Below, piece by piece: positions 47,847-54,470 of a DNA stretch of 54,470 bases. The translations under genes were made by a program, and so were the position numbers. The notes beneath the pieces were generated by a model. That model ran no database searches and was not told the origin of the DNA. It saw only the letters and a program-made list of their open reading frames with translations. Position 1 is the first letter of the stretch, and each line of letters opens with the position of its first letter. Source of the DNA: a virus (lineage: Duplodnaviria; Caudoviricetes). Location of the stretch: IMG/VR virus record IMGVR_UViG_3300030107_005947, positions 1-54,470 of that record. One strand, written 5' to 3'.

Positions 47847-47859
47847 AAACCTAAAAGCT

Positions 47860-47925
47860 AAATAAAGGAGAGGGGGCTACTTTCGTAACCCCCCATGCTA
47901 TAAACGTCCCCAAAAAGACATATAC
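47860..47925 (-). ncRNA. candidate small RNA (about 65 nt)
   Basis: own minus-strand promoter; 9-bp GGGGGUUAC-GAAA-GUAGCCCCC hairpin then UCUCCUUUAUUU. Confidence 0.45.
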
Positions 47926-47931
47926 AAATAT

Positions 47932-47960
47932 ATGATAAATAAAACGCCTACGTTTGTCAA
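47932..47960 (-). promoter_or_regulatory. sigma70-type promoter, antisense to local genes
   Basis: TTGACA-N17-TATCAT. Confidence 0.6.
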
Positions 47961-47978
47961 GCTACATAAACCAATATT

Positions 47979-48010
47979 AAAAAGAGGTTATTTGATAGCC
48001 TCTTTTTTTT
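47979..48010 (+). terminator. intrinsic terminator
   Basis: AGAGGTTA/TAGCCTCT stem then T run. Confidence 0.75.
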
Positions 48011-48011
48011 A

Positions 48012-48021
48012 TAGTATAATA
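48012..48021 (+). promoter_or_regulatory. late-type promoter TAGTATAATA on plus strand
   Basis: exact motif immediately after a terminator. Confidence 0.6.
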
Positions 48022-48026
48022 AAAAT

Positions 48027-48155
48027 ATATGGTACCTTGCTAGGGCGGGTGGAATTTTATTCTTCTTACTTGGTACCCTTATCGTAAGTAGAGTAAAGGG
48101 TAGTATAGGTGGCTAAATCCATATCGAGGGGAATTAATAGCCTAAGGTTCCCCGA
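48027..48155 (+). ncRNA. candidate structured RNA or leader with two pseudoknots
   Basis: GC-richer non-coding stretch with stems 48056-69/48084-97 and 48128-35/48146-53 whose loops can pair outside. Confidence 0.35.
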
Positions 48156-48173
48156 AAAGAAAAGAGGTTAATT

Positions 48174-48365
48174 TTGTATAGTAGAAGAAAAGAAGTTTTT
48201 AAGGACTACATAAGAGTGGACCTAACCAATTCAGAAGATGCAGAACTAGTACTAGAATATATTCGTTCGATGAAATCTAACTATAAAGGTAGAGTCGAGA
48301 TGAGAATTCAACAAGCTAGAAATTCCCAGATCTGGAGAGAACAATCAGAAATTGTGAGCGGTTAG
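48174..48365 (+). CDS. hypothetical protein
   Basis: GAGG RBS, TTG start. Confidence 0.55.
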   Translation: MYSRRKEVFKDYIRVDLTNSEDAELVLEYIRSMKSNYKGRVEMRIQQARNSQIWREQSEIVSG

Positions 48366-48589
48366 TGGCAGCCCAAAAAGGAGTTCCTGTTATCAATAGG
48401 AAGAAAACTATTCTTCCTGTAACTCTTCCTGAAGAATCTTATGGAGTTTGTCTAAAGCACAATAGGTGTGGCAACCATGAACCACAACTTTTGGGAAACG
48501 GCTTATGTCTTGACTGCTGGGATTTGAAACAATACCAATTCGATCGCACCAGCAAAAAAGCAAAAGCTCGTGTTCGAGAAAAGTGGTAA
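48365..48589 (+). CDS. small Cys-containing protein
   Basis: C..HNRC..CLDC; coupled to upstream stop. Confidence 0.55.
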   Translation: MAAQKGVPVINRKKTILPVTLPEESYGVCLKHNRCGNHEPQLLGNGLCLDCWDLKQYQFDRTSKKAKARVREKW

Positions 48590-48610
48590 AAGAAAACAGG
48601 AGTCAGAAAA

Positions 48611-48778
48611 ATGATACAGGATTTAGAGAATACTTTTTCTATAGTTATAGAAAAAAATAAAAGCGGTTTGTTATGTCAATTTTGCGATGGTGTTGCAATA
48701 GTTGAACAGACACCTTATATTGAAGGTGCGGCATACTGCGATTGTGATTTTATCCCCCCAACATTTATCCAAGAATAA
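48611..48778 (+). CDS. 55-aa Cys-containing protein (not in ORF track)
   Basis: AGGAG RBS; MIQDLEN..CQFC..YCDC..FIQE. Confidence 0.55.
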   Translation: MIQDLENTFSIVIEKNKSGLLCQFCDGVAIVEQTPYIEGAAYCDCDFIPPTFIQE

Positions 48779-48920
48779 TACCGACTTGTAATGTTTTATA
48801 TAATGTACTATATTTAATTTATTATAGGACTTTTTTGTTTAACTTTATTTAAAGTCCAGATAATTTTTGTCTGGCATGAAAAAAGAGTGAACTGAATAAA
48901 CGCTACAGTCCTATAGTTAA

Positions 48921-48971
48921 TTGTTGAGCTAATTGTGAAGGCTTATGTAGTTTTCATAATTAGCTCAATAA
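48921..48971 (+). promoter_or_regulatory. 23-bp RNA hairpin just upstream of the glycosyltransferase RBS
   Basis: 48921-43 pairs fully with 48949-71, including four G-U wobbles; 5-nt loop. Confidence 0.7.
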
Positions 48972-48988
48972 AAATATAGGAGCTTTAG

Positions 48989-49843
48989 ATGATAGAACGA
49001 ATATATATACCGACAGTTAGACGTACAGACAAACAAATTACCTATGATAATCTTCCTGATGAATTAAAAAAGAAAGTTGTTATGGTAATTGAGCCAAACG
49101 AACGCCATCTTTATAATTATGATTGTGAGTATCTGGAAATACCTGAAAAATTAGTAGGCACATGGACACAACTGGCTGAAACCAGATTGTTTATTCATAA
49201 ACACGCAGGTAACATTAAATACTGCGTTTCTGATGACGATATAGTTATAGAAAGAAGAAATGCAAAATATTGGACTGGAAAATCCAACATGGAAAAAAGT
49301 AGGCAACGTGCCAATAATAGCGATATACTAGAAATGTTTTCAAAAATTGATACTTGGTTAGATGAACCTAATATCGGAATTATCGGACTTAGTGATGCAG
49401 GTATACCTCCACAAAGTGTTGAATATGTAGATACTGTTGGTGTATATTGTATGGTTTTTATTGATGGTACAATGTTATCAAAAATTATAGATGATATAGA
49501 TATAACATCAATTAGAATTGCTGAAGATGTTTTGTTTTTGTTTGAATGTCTATCAAGAGGCATTAATACCCGCAGAGTAACTGAGTGGATATACGATAAC
49601 AAAAGTCTTTATCAAAAAGATTTACAAAACAGTAGGGAAGTGTGGACTGGTATGTTTAAAGATGGAGAAATGCCACCAAATCATTATCAACATAATTTAC
49701 ATATTGAAGTTATGCAATATATTCAAAGTAAATATCCAGAGTGTATTGATATTTACGAAAAAAACGGAAAGTTTAAATTTCGAAAAAAATGGAAAAAGGC
49801 ATATAAAAGTAGGTTAGTTGAATCTCAAAAGCAATTATTATAA
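48989..49843 (+). CDS. GT-A fold glycosyltransferase, TAGT/GREB1-like (divergent copy)
   Basis: IYIPTVRR, ETRLFI, VSDDDI (DxD-type), IAEDV. Confidence 0.75.
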   Translation: MIERIYIPTVRRTDKQITYDNLPDELKKKVVMVIEPNERHLYNYDCEYLEIPEKLVGTWTQLAETRLFIHKHAGNIKYCVSDDDIVIERRNAKYWTGKSNMEKSRQRANNSDILEMFSKIDTWLDEPNIGIIGLSDAGIPPQSVEYVDTVGVYCMVFIDGTMLSKIIDDIDITSIRIAEDVLFLFECLSRGINTRRVTEWIYDNKSLYQKDLQNSREVWTGMFKDGEMPPNHYQHNLHIEVMQYIQSKYPECIDIYEKNGKFKFRKKWKKAYKSRLVESQKQLL

Positions 49844-49855
49844 GGAAAATTATTT

Positions 49856-50128
49856 ATGAATCAAGAAGATAATCAAGAACAATTGGAATTATTTGAAATG
49901 AAGGCTGATCCTAAGGAATGGGAAGTTGAGTGGCAAGGTATGCCAGAATTTATTCAGGAAAAACGTGATCCTTTTCACATGATCCAAATTCGTTTTGCAA
50001 GTGAAAAAGATTATAGGGAATTTGCTGAACTTATTGAACAAAACCTTACTAAAAAAACTCTAAGCATATGGTATCCAAAACTACAGATAGGTGCCAATGC
50101 TCATTTAAGGTATGCTGATGAATCCTAA
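49856..50128 (+). CDS. glycosyltransferase-associated small protein 1
   Basis: EWQGMPEFIQE..IRF..FAELIEQNLT.KT.SIWYPK; N-terminal QLELF. Confidence 0.75.
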   Translation: MNQEDNQEQLELFEMKADPKEWEVEWQGMPEFIQEKRDPFHMIQIRFASEKDYREFAELIEQNLTKKTLSIWYPKLQIGANAHLRYADES

Positions 50129-51077
50129 ATATCCCATATATATTATTTCCAAAGGACGTTGGGATTTGCCAAAAGGTACTCACGCACATTTAACCAGAAT
50201 GAATGTTGAATTTTTTATTGTCGTTGAAGAACAAGAATATGAACAATACGCAAAACACACCGACAAAGAAAAATTATTAATTTTGCCTAAAAAGTATTTA
50301 GAAGATTATGACACGTTTTGGGAAAAAGATATTAATCAATCTACTGGTCCAGGGGCTGCAAGAAATTTTTGTTGGGATCATGCGATTAGTTTAAATGCTT
50401 CCAGACATTGGGTCATGGACGATAATATTTATGGCTTTTTTAGATTTAATAGAAATAGTATTTACTTAGTTGAAACTGGTGCTATGTTTCGAGCAATGGA
50501 AGATTTTGTAGATCGATACGAAAACGTGGCTATTGCTGGACCAAACTACCAAAAATTTATTGTTACAAATGAAAAATATTTACCTTTTAGAAAAAACATT
50601 AGGATTTATTCGTGTTTATTAATTAAGAATGATTTACCATTTAGATGGCGAGGTAGATATAATGAGGATACTGATTTATGTCTTAATGCTTTAAAATTAA
50701 ATTATTGTACTATTCAGTTCAACGCCTTTTTGCAAGAAAAAATCACAACCCAAAGAATATCTGGTGGTAATACTGCTGAATTTTATGCTCAAGAAGGAAC
50801 ATATAATAAATCAAAAATGCTTGTCGATATGCACCCTGATGTTACTTCCCTTGTCTGGAGATTTGATAGATGGCACCACGAAGTTTATTATGAAGTTTTT
50901 AAAAAAATATCACTTATTAGAAAAAAAGATATTGAAGTTTTGGATAGAATAAATAATTACGGAATGACCTTAGTTGATAGTGAAACAAATGAGGTTATAG
51001 GACCTAGTTTAGAAAAATCACCACACAAACAAAATATAATTGAATTTAAAGAAAGTTTTCAAAAGTCGTTATTTTAA
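50118..51077 (+). CDS. GT-A fold glycosyltransferase, TAGT/GREB1-like
   Basis: YPIYIISKGR, ARNFCWDH, HWVMDDNI, RIYSCLLI, GRYNEDTD, GGNT. Confidence 0.85.
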   Translation: MNPKYPIYIISKGRWDLPKGTHAHLTRMNVEFFIVVEEQEYEQYAKHTDKEKLLILPKKYLEDYDTFWEKDINQSTGPGAARNFCWDHAISLNASRHWVMDDNIYGFFRFNRNSIYLVETGAMFRAMEDFVDRYENVAIAGPNYQKFIVTNEKYLPFRKNIRIYSCLLIKNDLPFRWRGRYNEDTDLCLNALKLNYCTIQFNAFLQEKITTQRISGGNTAEFYAQEGTYNKSKMLVDMHPDVTSLVWRFDRWHHEVYYEVFKKISLIRKKDIEVLDRINNYGMTLVDSETNEVIGPSLEKSPHKQNIIEFKESFQKSLF

Positions 51078-51095
51078 AAGTATAGGAGTATTGCT

Positions 51096-51338
51096 ATGAG
51101 TGAAGATGGAATTTCTCAGCTTACTTGGTGGGAAGAAGAATGGCAAGATATGCCTGAGTTTATAAGCGAGGATATCCAACCTTATCAAAAAATTGTTATA
51201 CGTTTTGAAACCAAAGAACATTTTGATGAATTTGCAAAATTGATTGGACAAAATCTAACTTCAAGAACAAAAAGTATTTGGTATCCTAAATTAATTCACA
51301 AAGATTGGCAAAAGTTGAGGTATAGAGATGAATCCTAA
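51096..51338 (+). CDS. glycosyltransferase-associated small protein 2
   Basis: paralog of 49856..50128 (EWQDMPEFISE..SIWYPK); AGGAG RBS. Confidence 0.75.
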   Translation: MSEDGISQLTWWEEEWQDMPEFISEDIQPYQKIVIRFETKEHFDEFAKLIGQNLTSRTKSIWYPKLIHKDWQKLRYRDES

Positions 51339-52239
51339 ATACCCTATTTATATTGTATCCAAAGGTCGTTGGGAAAGTCGAATAACTAGTAAATCCCTAG
51401 AACTTATAAATGTGCCTTATTATATTGCTGTAGAACCACAAGAATACGAGCAGTACGCAAGTGTTATTGACCCTAAAAAAATACTGGTATTGCCTTTTAG
51501 CAACCACGGATTAGGACCAACACTTGCCCGTAATTGGTGTTGGGAACATTCTATTTCTTTAGGTGCAAAACGTCACTGGGTAATGGACGATAATATTTCG
51601 CATTTTTACAGGTTAAATAAAAATGTTCGAGTACAAGTAAGTTCTGGCACAATATTTCGTGCTGCTGAAGACTTTGTTGATAGATATGAAAATGTTCCAT
51701 TAGCTGGATTACAATATCGTTTTTTTGCTGTACCAGATGGTAAATTACCTGCATACGTCAAAAACACCAGAATATATTCATGTCTACTTATAGAAAACTC
51801 TACTCCTTATAGATGGCGTGGTAAATATAATGAAGATACGGATATATCTTTGAGGATATTAAAAGACGGATTATGTACAATTCAATTTAACGCTTTCCTC
51901 CAAGGCAAAGTGGCAACACAAACTGTTTCTGGTGGTAATTCCATGGAATTTTACGATCACGAAGGTACCTTAAATAAATCCCAGTATTTAGTAGATTTGC
52001 ACCCAGACGTTTCTAGTCTAGTTATGAGATATAATAGATGGCATCATTACGTTGATTATTCTCCGTTTAAAAAAAATAAATTAATTAAAAGAAAAGATTT
52101 AATAATTCCCGAAGGCGTTGACAATTACGGAATGATTTTAGTAGATGAAGAAGCAGTTCCAGAAATTAAAAAACCTGTTGATACTAATAAGTTTTTTCCT
52201 GATTCTGATATTGATTTTCAATACTCTCTTTTTTCTTGA
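51328..52239 (+). CDS. GT-A fold glycosyltransferase, TAGT/GREB1-like
   Basis: close paralog of 50118..51077 with the same motifs. Confidence 0.85.
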   Translation: MNPKYPIYIVSKGRWESRITSKSLELINVPYYIAVEPQEYEQYASVIDPKKILVLPFSNHGLGPTLARNWCWEHSISLGAKRHWVMDDNISHFYRLNKNVRVQVSSGTIFRAAEDFVDRYENVPLAGLQYRFFAVPDGKLPAYVKNTRIYSCLLIENSTPYRWRGKYNEDTDISLRILKDGLCTIQFNAFLQGKVATQTVSGGNSMEFYDHEGTLNKSQYLVDLHPDVSSLVMRYNRWHHYVDYSPFKKNKLIKRKDLIIPEGVDNYGMILVDEEAVPEIKKPVDTNKFFPDSDIDFQYSLFS

Positions 52240-52264
52240 ACGAATAAAAACTTTGTTATATAAT
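52236..52264 (+). promoter_or_regulatory. sigma70-type promoter
   Basis: TTGAAC-N17-TATAAT. Confidence 0.5.
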
Positions 52265-52284
52265 TACTTAGAAAGGTTAGAATA

Positions 52285-52464
52285 ATGACGCAGATTAATG
52301 ATTATAGATATTTTGAGATTACTGTTTTAATCGGGATTCCTGATTATACACCAGACCAAGATACAATGGATCCAACATTATATGTTACTGTTGATGGTGA
52401 TGCAGTAGAATTAGGAATGACCGAACCAAAGGAATTTGTATTGACTGAAAAGCATAAAATCTAG
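52285..52464 (+). CDS. 59-aa acidic hypothetical protein (not in ORF track)
   Basis: AAAGG RBS; MTQINDYRYFEITVLIG..EKHKI; lies between promoter and terminator. Confidence 0.55.
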   Translation: MTQINDYRYFEITVLIGIPDYTPDQDTMDPTLYVTVDGDAVELGMTEPKEFVLTEKHKI

Positions 52465-52503
52465 AAAAAGATATCTTCACGCTCCAAGATATTCTTTTAC
52501 TGT

Positions 52504-52548
52504 AAGAAGAAGCCCTGTTTTACCCTAGTTAGCAGGGCTTTTTCTTTT
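52504..52548 (+). terminator. intrinsic terminator
   Basis: AAGCCCTGTT/AGCAGGGCTT stem plus T-rich tail. Confidence 0.75.
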
Positions 52549-52551
52549 ACC

Positions 52552-52590
52552 AAAAAAAAGAGAGATACTTTTGTACCTCTCTTTTTATTT
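52552..52590. terminator. second, possibly bidirectional, terminator
   Basis: AAAAAGAGAG/CTCTCTTTTT stem at convergence of two gene blocks. Confidence 0.65.
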
Positions 52591-52618
52591 CTATATAACT
52601 AGTAATTAATTTAGGTAA

Positions 52619-52882
52619 TTAAAACTGTAACCCATTTTCACTTATTTCCTCAGCAGACATATTATCATATATCATAGATTCTAATATTACTATTGTACCC
52701 ACGGTGTTACCATTACTATCATGCAAAACATCTGAAATATGTTGGTGTACAGAACTACCCTTTACAAATTTACTCATGATATTTTTTACGTCTCCGTCAA
52801 AAATATTTTTTACTTCTGCATCTTTGCCATTGTCCTCAAAAGCGGCATTGTCTGTATTAATTACCATTTTTATATGTATCAT
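52619..52882 (-). CDS. hypothetical phage protein
   Basis: INTDNAAFED..DSNGNTVG motif; GGAG RBS. Confidence 0.7.
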   Translation of the reverse strand: MIHIKMVINTDNAAFEDNGKDAEVKNIFDGDVKNIMSKFVKGSSVHQHISDVLHDSNGNTVGTIVILESMIYDNMSAEEISENGLQF

Positions 52883-52883
52883 C

Positions 52884-53258
52884 TTATTTACTCCTTTTGG
52901 CTGGTTTTTCTACTCCAAGAATATCATATATATTTGACATTGGTCTGCGTACCATTACTTTTTCAACTTCAGCTAGTTCTTCTCTAAGAGCATTGATCAT
53001 TATTATTGCCTCATTATTAGTGTAAAAGTAATTTCTTCTATTACCAATATTTCGTAATGATTCAATGGCATCAAAAGCAGCTTGGAATCTTTTAACGCCA
53101 ACTTCTACAAATCGTTCTCGCCCATTTTTTATTCTTGGCTTTGGCTTACTTTCGATTAGTGGTTCAACTGCAGTCATTACTTCATGAAATCGTTCTTCGG
53201 TAATATCGTATTTTGTGATAATATCTAGTTCTAAATCTTCAAATTTTTCATTTCTCAT
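52884..53258 (-). CDS. hypothetical helical protein
   Basis: RERFVE..KR..NIGNRRNYFYT motif; AAGGAG RBS. Confidence 0.7.
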   Translation of the reverse strand: MRNEKFEDLELDIITKYDITEERFHEVMTAVEPLIESKPKPRIKNGRERFVEVGVKRFQAAFDAIESLRNIGNRRNYFYTNNEAIIMINALREELAEVEKVMVRRPMSNIYDILGVEKPAKRSK

Positions 53259-53279
53259 TTTATTCGCTCCTTTTTAAAA

Positions 53280-53477
53280 TTAAAAGTTTGGTCGATAGTT
53301 ATCGGCTCTAAGTATTTCTTCAACTCTTGCCCGTTGGATTTTGGATATTATATTTACGGTTTTTGGTGAAATATTTTTTCCAAAAATCTCAAACGCAAGG
53401 TCGGACATATCTCCCGAATCAACTAAACTGGATATTCGGAATTTAAAATCCTCTACTGCCTGTACTAATTTACTCAT
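53280..53477 (-). CDS. hypothetical protein
   Basis: AAGGAG RBS; first gene after promoter. Confidence 0.65.
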   Translation of the reverse strand: MSKLVQAVEDFKFRISSLVDSGDMSDLAFEIFGKNISPKTVNIISKIQRARVEEILRADNYRPNF

Positions 53478-53512
53478 TCTACGCTCCTTACTTTTATTTA
53501 AACTATGATACC

Positions 53513-53541
53513 ATCATACACCATAAGCAGATGCTTGTCAA
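53513..53541 (-). promoter_or_regulatory. sigma70-type promoter (leftward of a divergent pair)
   Basis: ggTTGACA-N17-TATGAT. Confidence 0.75.
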
Positions 53542-53566
53542 CCATTTCATAAAATCTTTAGAAAGG

Positions 53567-53595
53567 TTGACATACTACTTCTATTAATATATTGT
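53567..53595 (+). promoter_or_regulatory. sigma70-type promoter (rightward of a divergent pair)
   Basis: aaaggTTGACA-N17-TATTGT. Confidence 0.7.
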
Positions 53596-53630
53596 GGTGT
53601 TATTATATATATTAGTAGAAAGGAATTATT

Positions 53631-53846
53631 ATGACAGCGGAAATATTAACAGGACAACAGATACCGAAATTTAGACTCATAGTATTACGCAAAGGTATAG
53701 AAGTTGAATCCTCGGGTTTTAAAATGATGCGAGGTGCTAGAAGTTGTTTATCTATTGTTAAACAAGAGTTTGGTTGGAAAGGAAATAGAGAAAAAATCCT
53801 AGCCAAATTAACCGAACTTATTGACTCGATGCCTGACACACCTTAA
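53631..53846 (+). CDS. hypothetical protein
   Basis: AAAGGA RBS; own promoter and terminator. Confidence 0.7.
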   Translation: MTAEILTGQQIPKFRLIVLRKGIEVESSGFKMMRGARSCLSIVKQEFGWKGNREKILAKLTELIDSMPDTP

Positions 53847-53892
53847 CCATAGAAATGACTTTTCGGTAAAGTCATTAGGAACTAATAAGATT

Positions 53893-53922
53893 AATCCCAG
53901 TTTTTACTGGGATTTTTCTTTT
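53893..53922 (+). terminator. intrinsic terminator
   Basis: AATCCCAGT/ACTGGGATT stem plus T tail. Confidence 0.75.
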
Positions 53923-53937
53923 GGCAAAACAAAAAGG

Positions 53938-53966
53938 TTGACAATTCCTATAAAATGTTTTACCAT
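53938..53966 (+). promoter_or_regulatory. sigma70-type promoter
   Basis: aaaaaggTTGACA-N17-TACCAT. Confidence 0.75.
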
Positions 53967-54003
53967 GCTTTTATTGTATTTAATTTTTTTTAAGGAGTGG
54001 GAA

Positions 54004-54369
54004 ATGGGAAATAGAGCAGTAATAGAATTAGAAGGATCAGGAAAAGGAATTTATATGCACTGGAACGGAGGAAAAGATACGATTGATCCACTGTTGGAAG
54101 TTGCTAAAGAATATGAAATCCAAAAAGAAGGAGGAAATGTTTTTTTAATGTTCAAATTAAGTCAGATTATATCAAACGCTTTTGGTGAAACTAAAGTAAG
54201 TTCTATTGATATGCTTGATTGTGATAATTATGATAATGGTGTCTATGTAATAAATTCTGATTTAGAAATAGTTGATAGAAAATTTACTAGACACCCAGAA
54301 CAAAACCACTGGGATTTTGATGGAATGAAAGAGTTTATTGAAAAAGCAAACTATGGTTTTTTTGTTTAA
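54004..54369 (+). CDS. hypothetical phage protein
   Basis: AAGGAG RBS before MGNRAVI; IYMHWNGG and DNGVY motifs. Confidence 0.7.
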   Translation: MGNRAVIELEGSGKGIYMHWNGGKDTIDPLLEVAKEYEIQKEGGNVFLMFKLSQIISNAFGETKVSSIDMLDCDNYDNGVYVINSDLEIVDRKFTRHPEQNHWDFDGMKEFIEKANYGFFV

Positions 54370-54382
54370 AAAAATGAAAAGG

Positions 54383-54411
54383 TTGACAATAAATAATTAT
54401 TGTTGTACCAT
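54383..54411 (+). promoter_or_regulatory. sigma70-type promoter
   Basis: aaaaggTTGACA-N17-TACCAT. Confidence 0.75.
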
Positions 54412-54450
54412 ATATTTATTAGTTTTAATTATAGTATAGGAGCGTGAATT

Positions 54451-54470
54451 ATGAGTATATTTTTAGATGA
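54451..54470 (+). CDS. 5' end of a gene truncated by the window edge
   Basis: AGGAG RBS, ATG AGT ATA TTT TTA GAT, downstream of promoter. Confidence 0.5.

Noticed and set aside
47860-48160. tRNA or tmRNA in the GC-richer intergenic region
   Set aside because: No cloverleaf, T-loop/CCA end or tag reading frame found; kept only as unknown RNA candidates
53821-54003. Long N-terminal extension of ORF 53821..54369
   Set aside because: Spans a terminator and a promoter; the RBS supports the start at 54004
1-54470. Stop-codon reassignment
   Set aside because: Genes tile tightly under the standard code and TAA, TAG and TGA all end genes
1-54470. Prophage or lysogeny module
   Set aside because: No integrase, repressor pair, att site or flanking host genes recognisable; lifestyle cannot be settled from a partial genome

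Overview
AT-rich segment of a tailed dsDNA bacteriophage (HK97-fold capsid; siphovirus-like neck, tube, tape-measure and tail-tip genes). No integrase, tRNA or CRISPR array is visible. From about 45.8 kb leftwards almost all genes are on the minus strand, in this order: membrane protein and nuclease, tail fibre, neck and tail genes, a phage sigma factor, an MTase-like gene, a replication/recombination block (DnaB, primase, SSB-like, PolA, PLP enzyme, RecA, Cas4-like exonuclease, RuvC), terminase, class II ribonucleotide reductase, portal, scaffold, major capsid and prohead protease. Two small plus-strand cassettes with their own promoters interrupt the head module. The right arm (46-54.5 kb) carries quinolinate synthase nadA, small ORFs, candidate structured RNAs and a cluster of three TAGT/GREB1-like glycosyltransferases alternating with two paralogous small proteins. 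Two promoter classes can be read from the DNA: sigma70-type TTGACA-N17-TAnnnT, and a -10-only TAGTATAATA motif that sometimes precedes apparently leaderless genes. Top candidates for new biology: (1) the glycosyltransferase/partner module with sliding-clamp-binding-like motifs behind a 23-bp RNA stem; (2) an unannotated 37-aa stand-alone sigma region-3 mini-protein in a phage whose sigma factor lacks region 3; (3) phage-borne nadA; (4) two candidate small RNAs at 47.9-48.2 kb. All calls come from motif recognition by eye; no database search or folding program was run.
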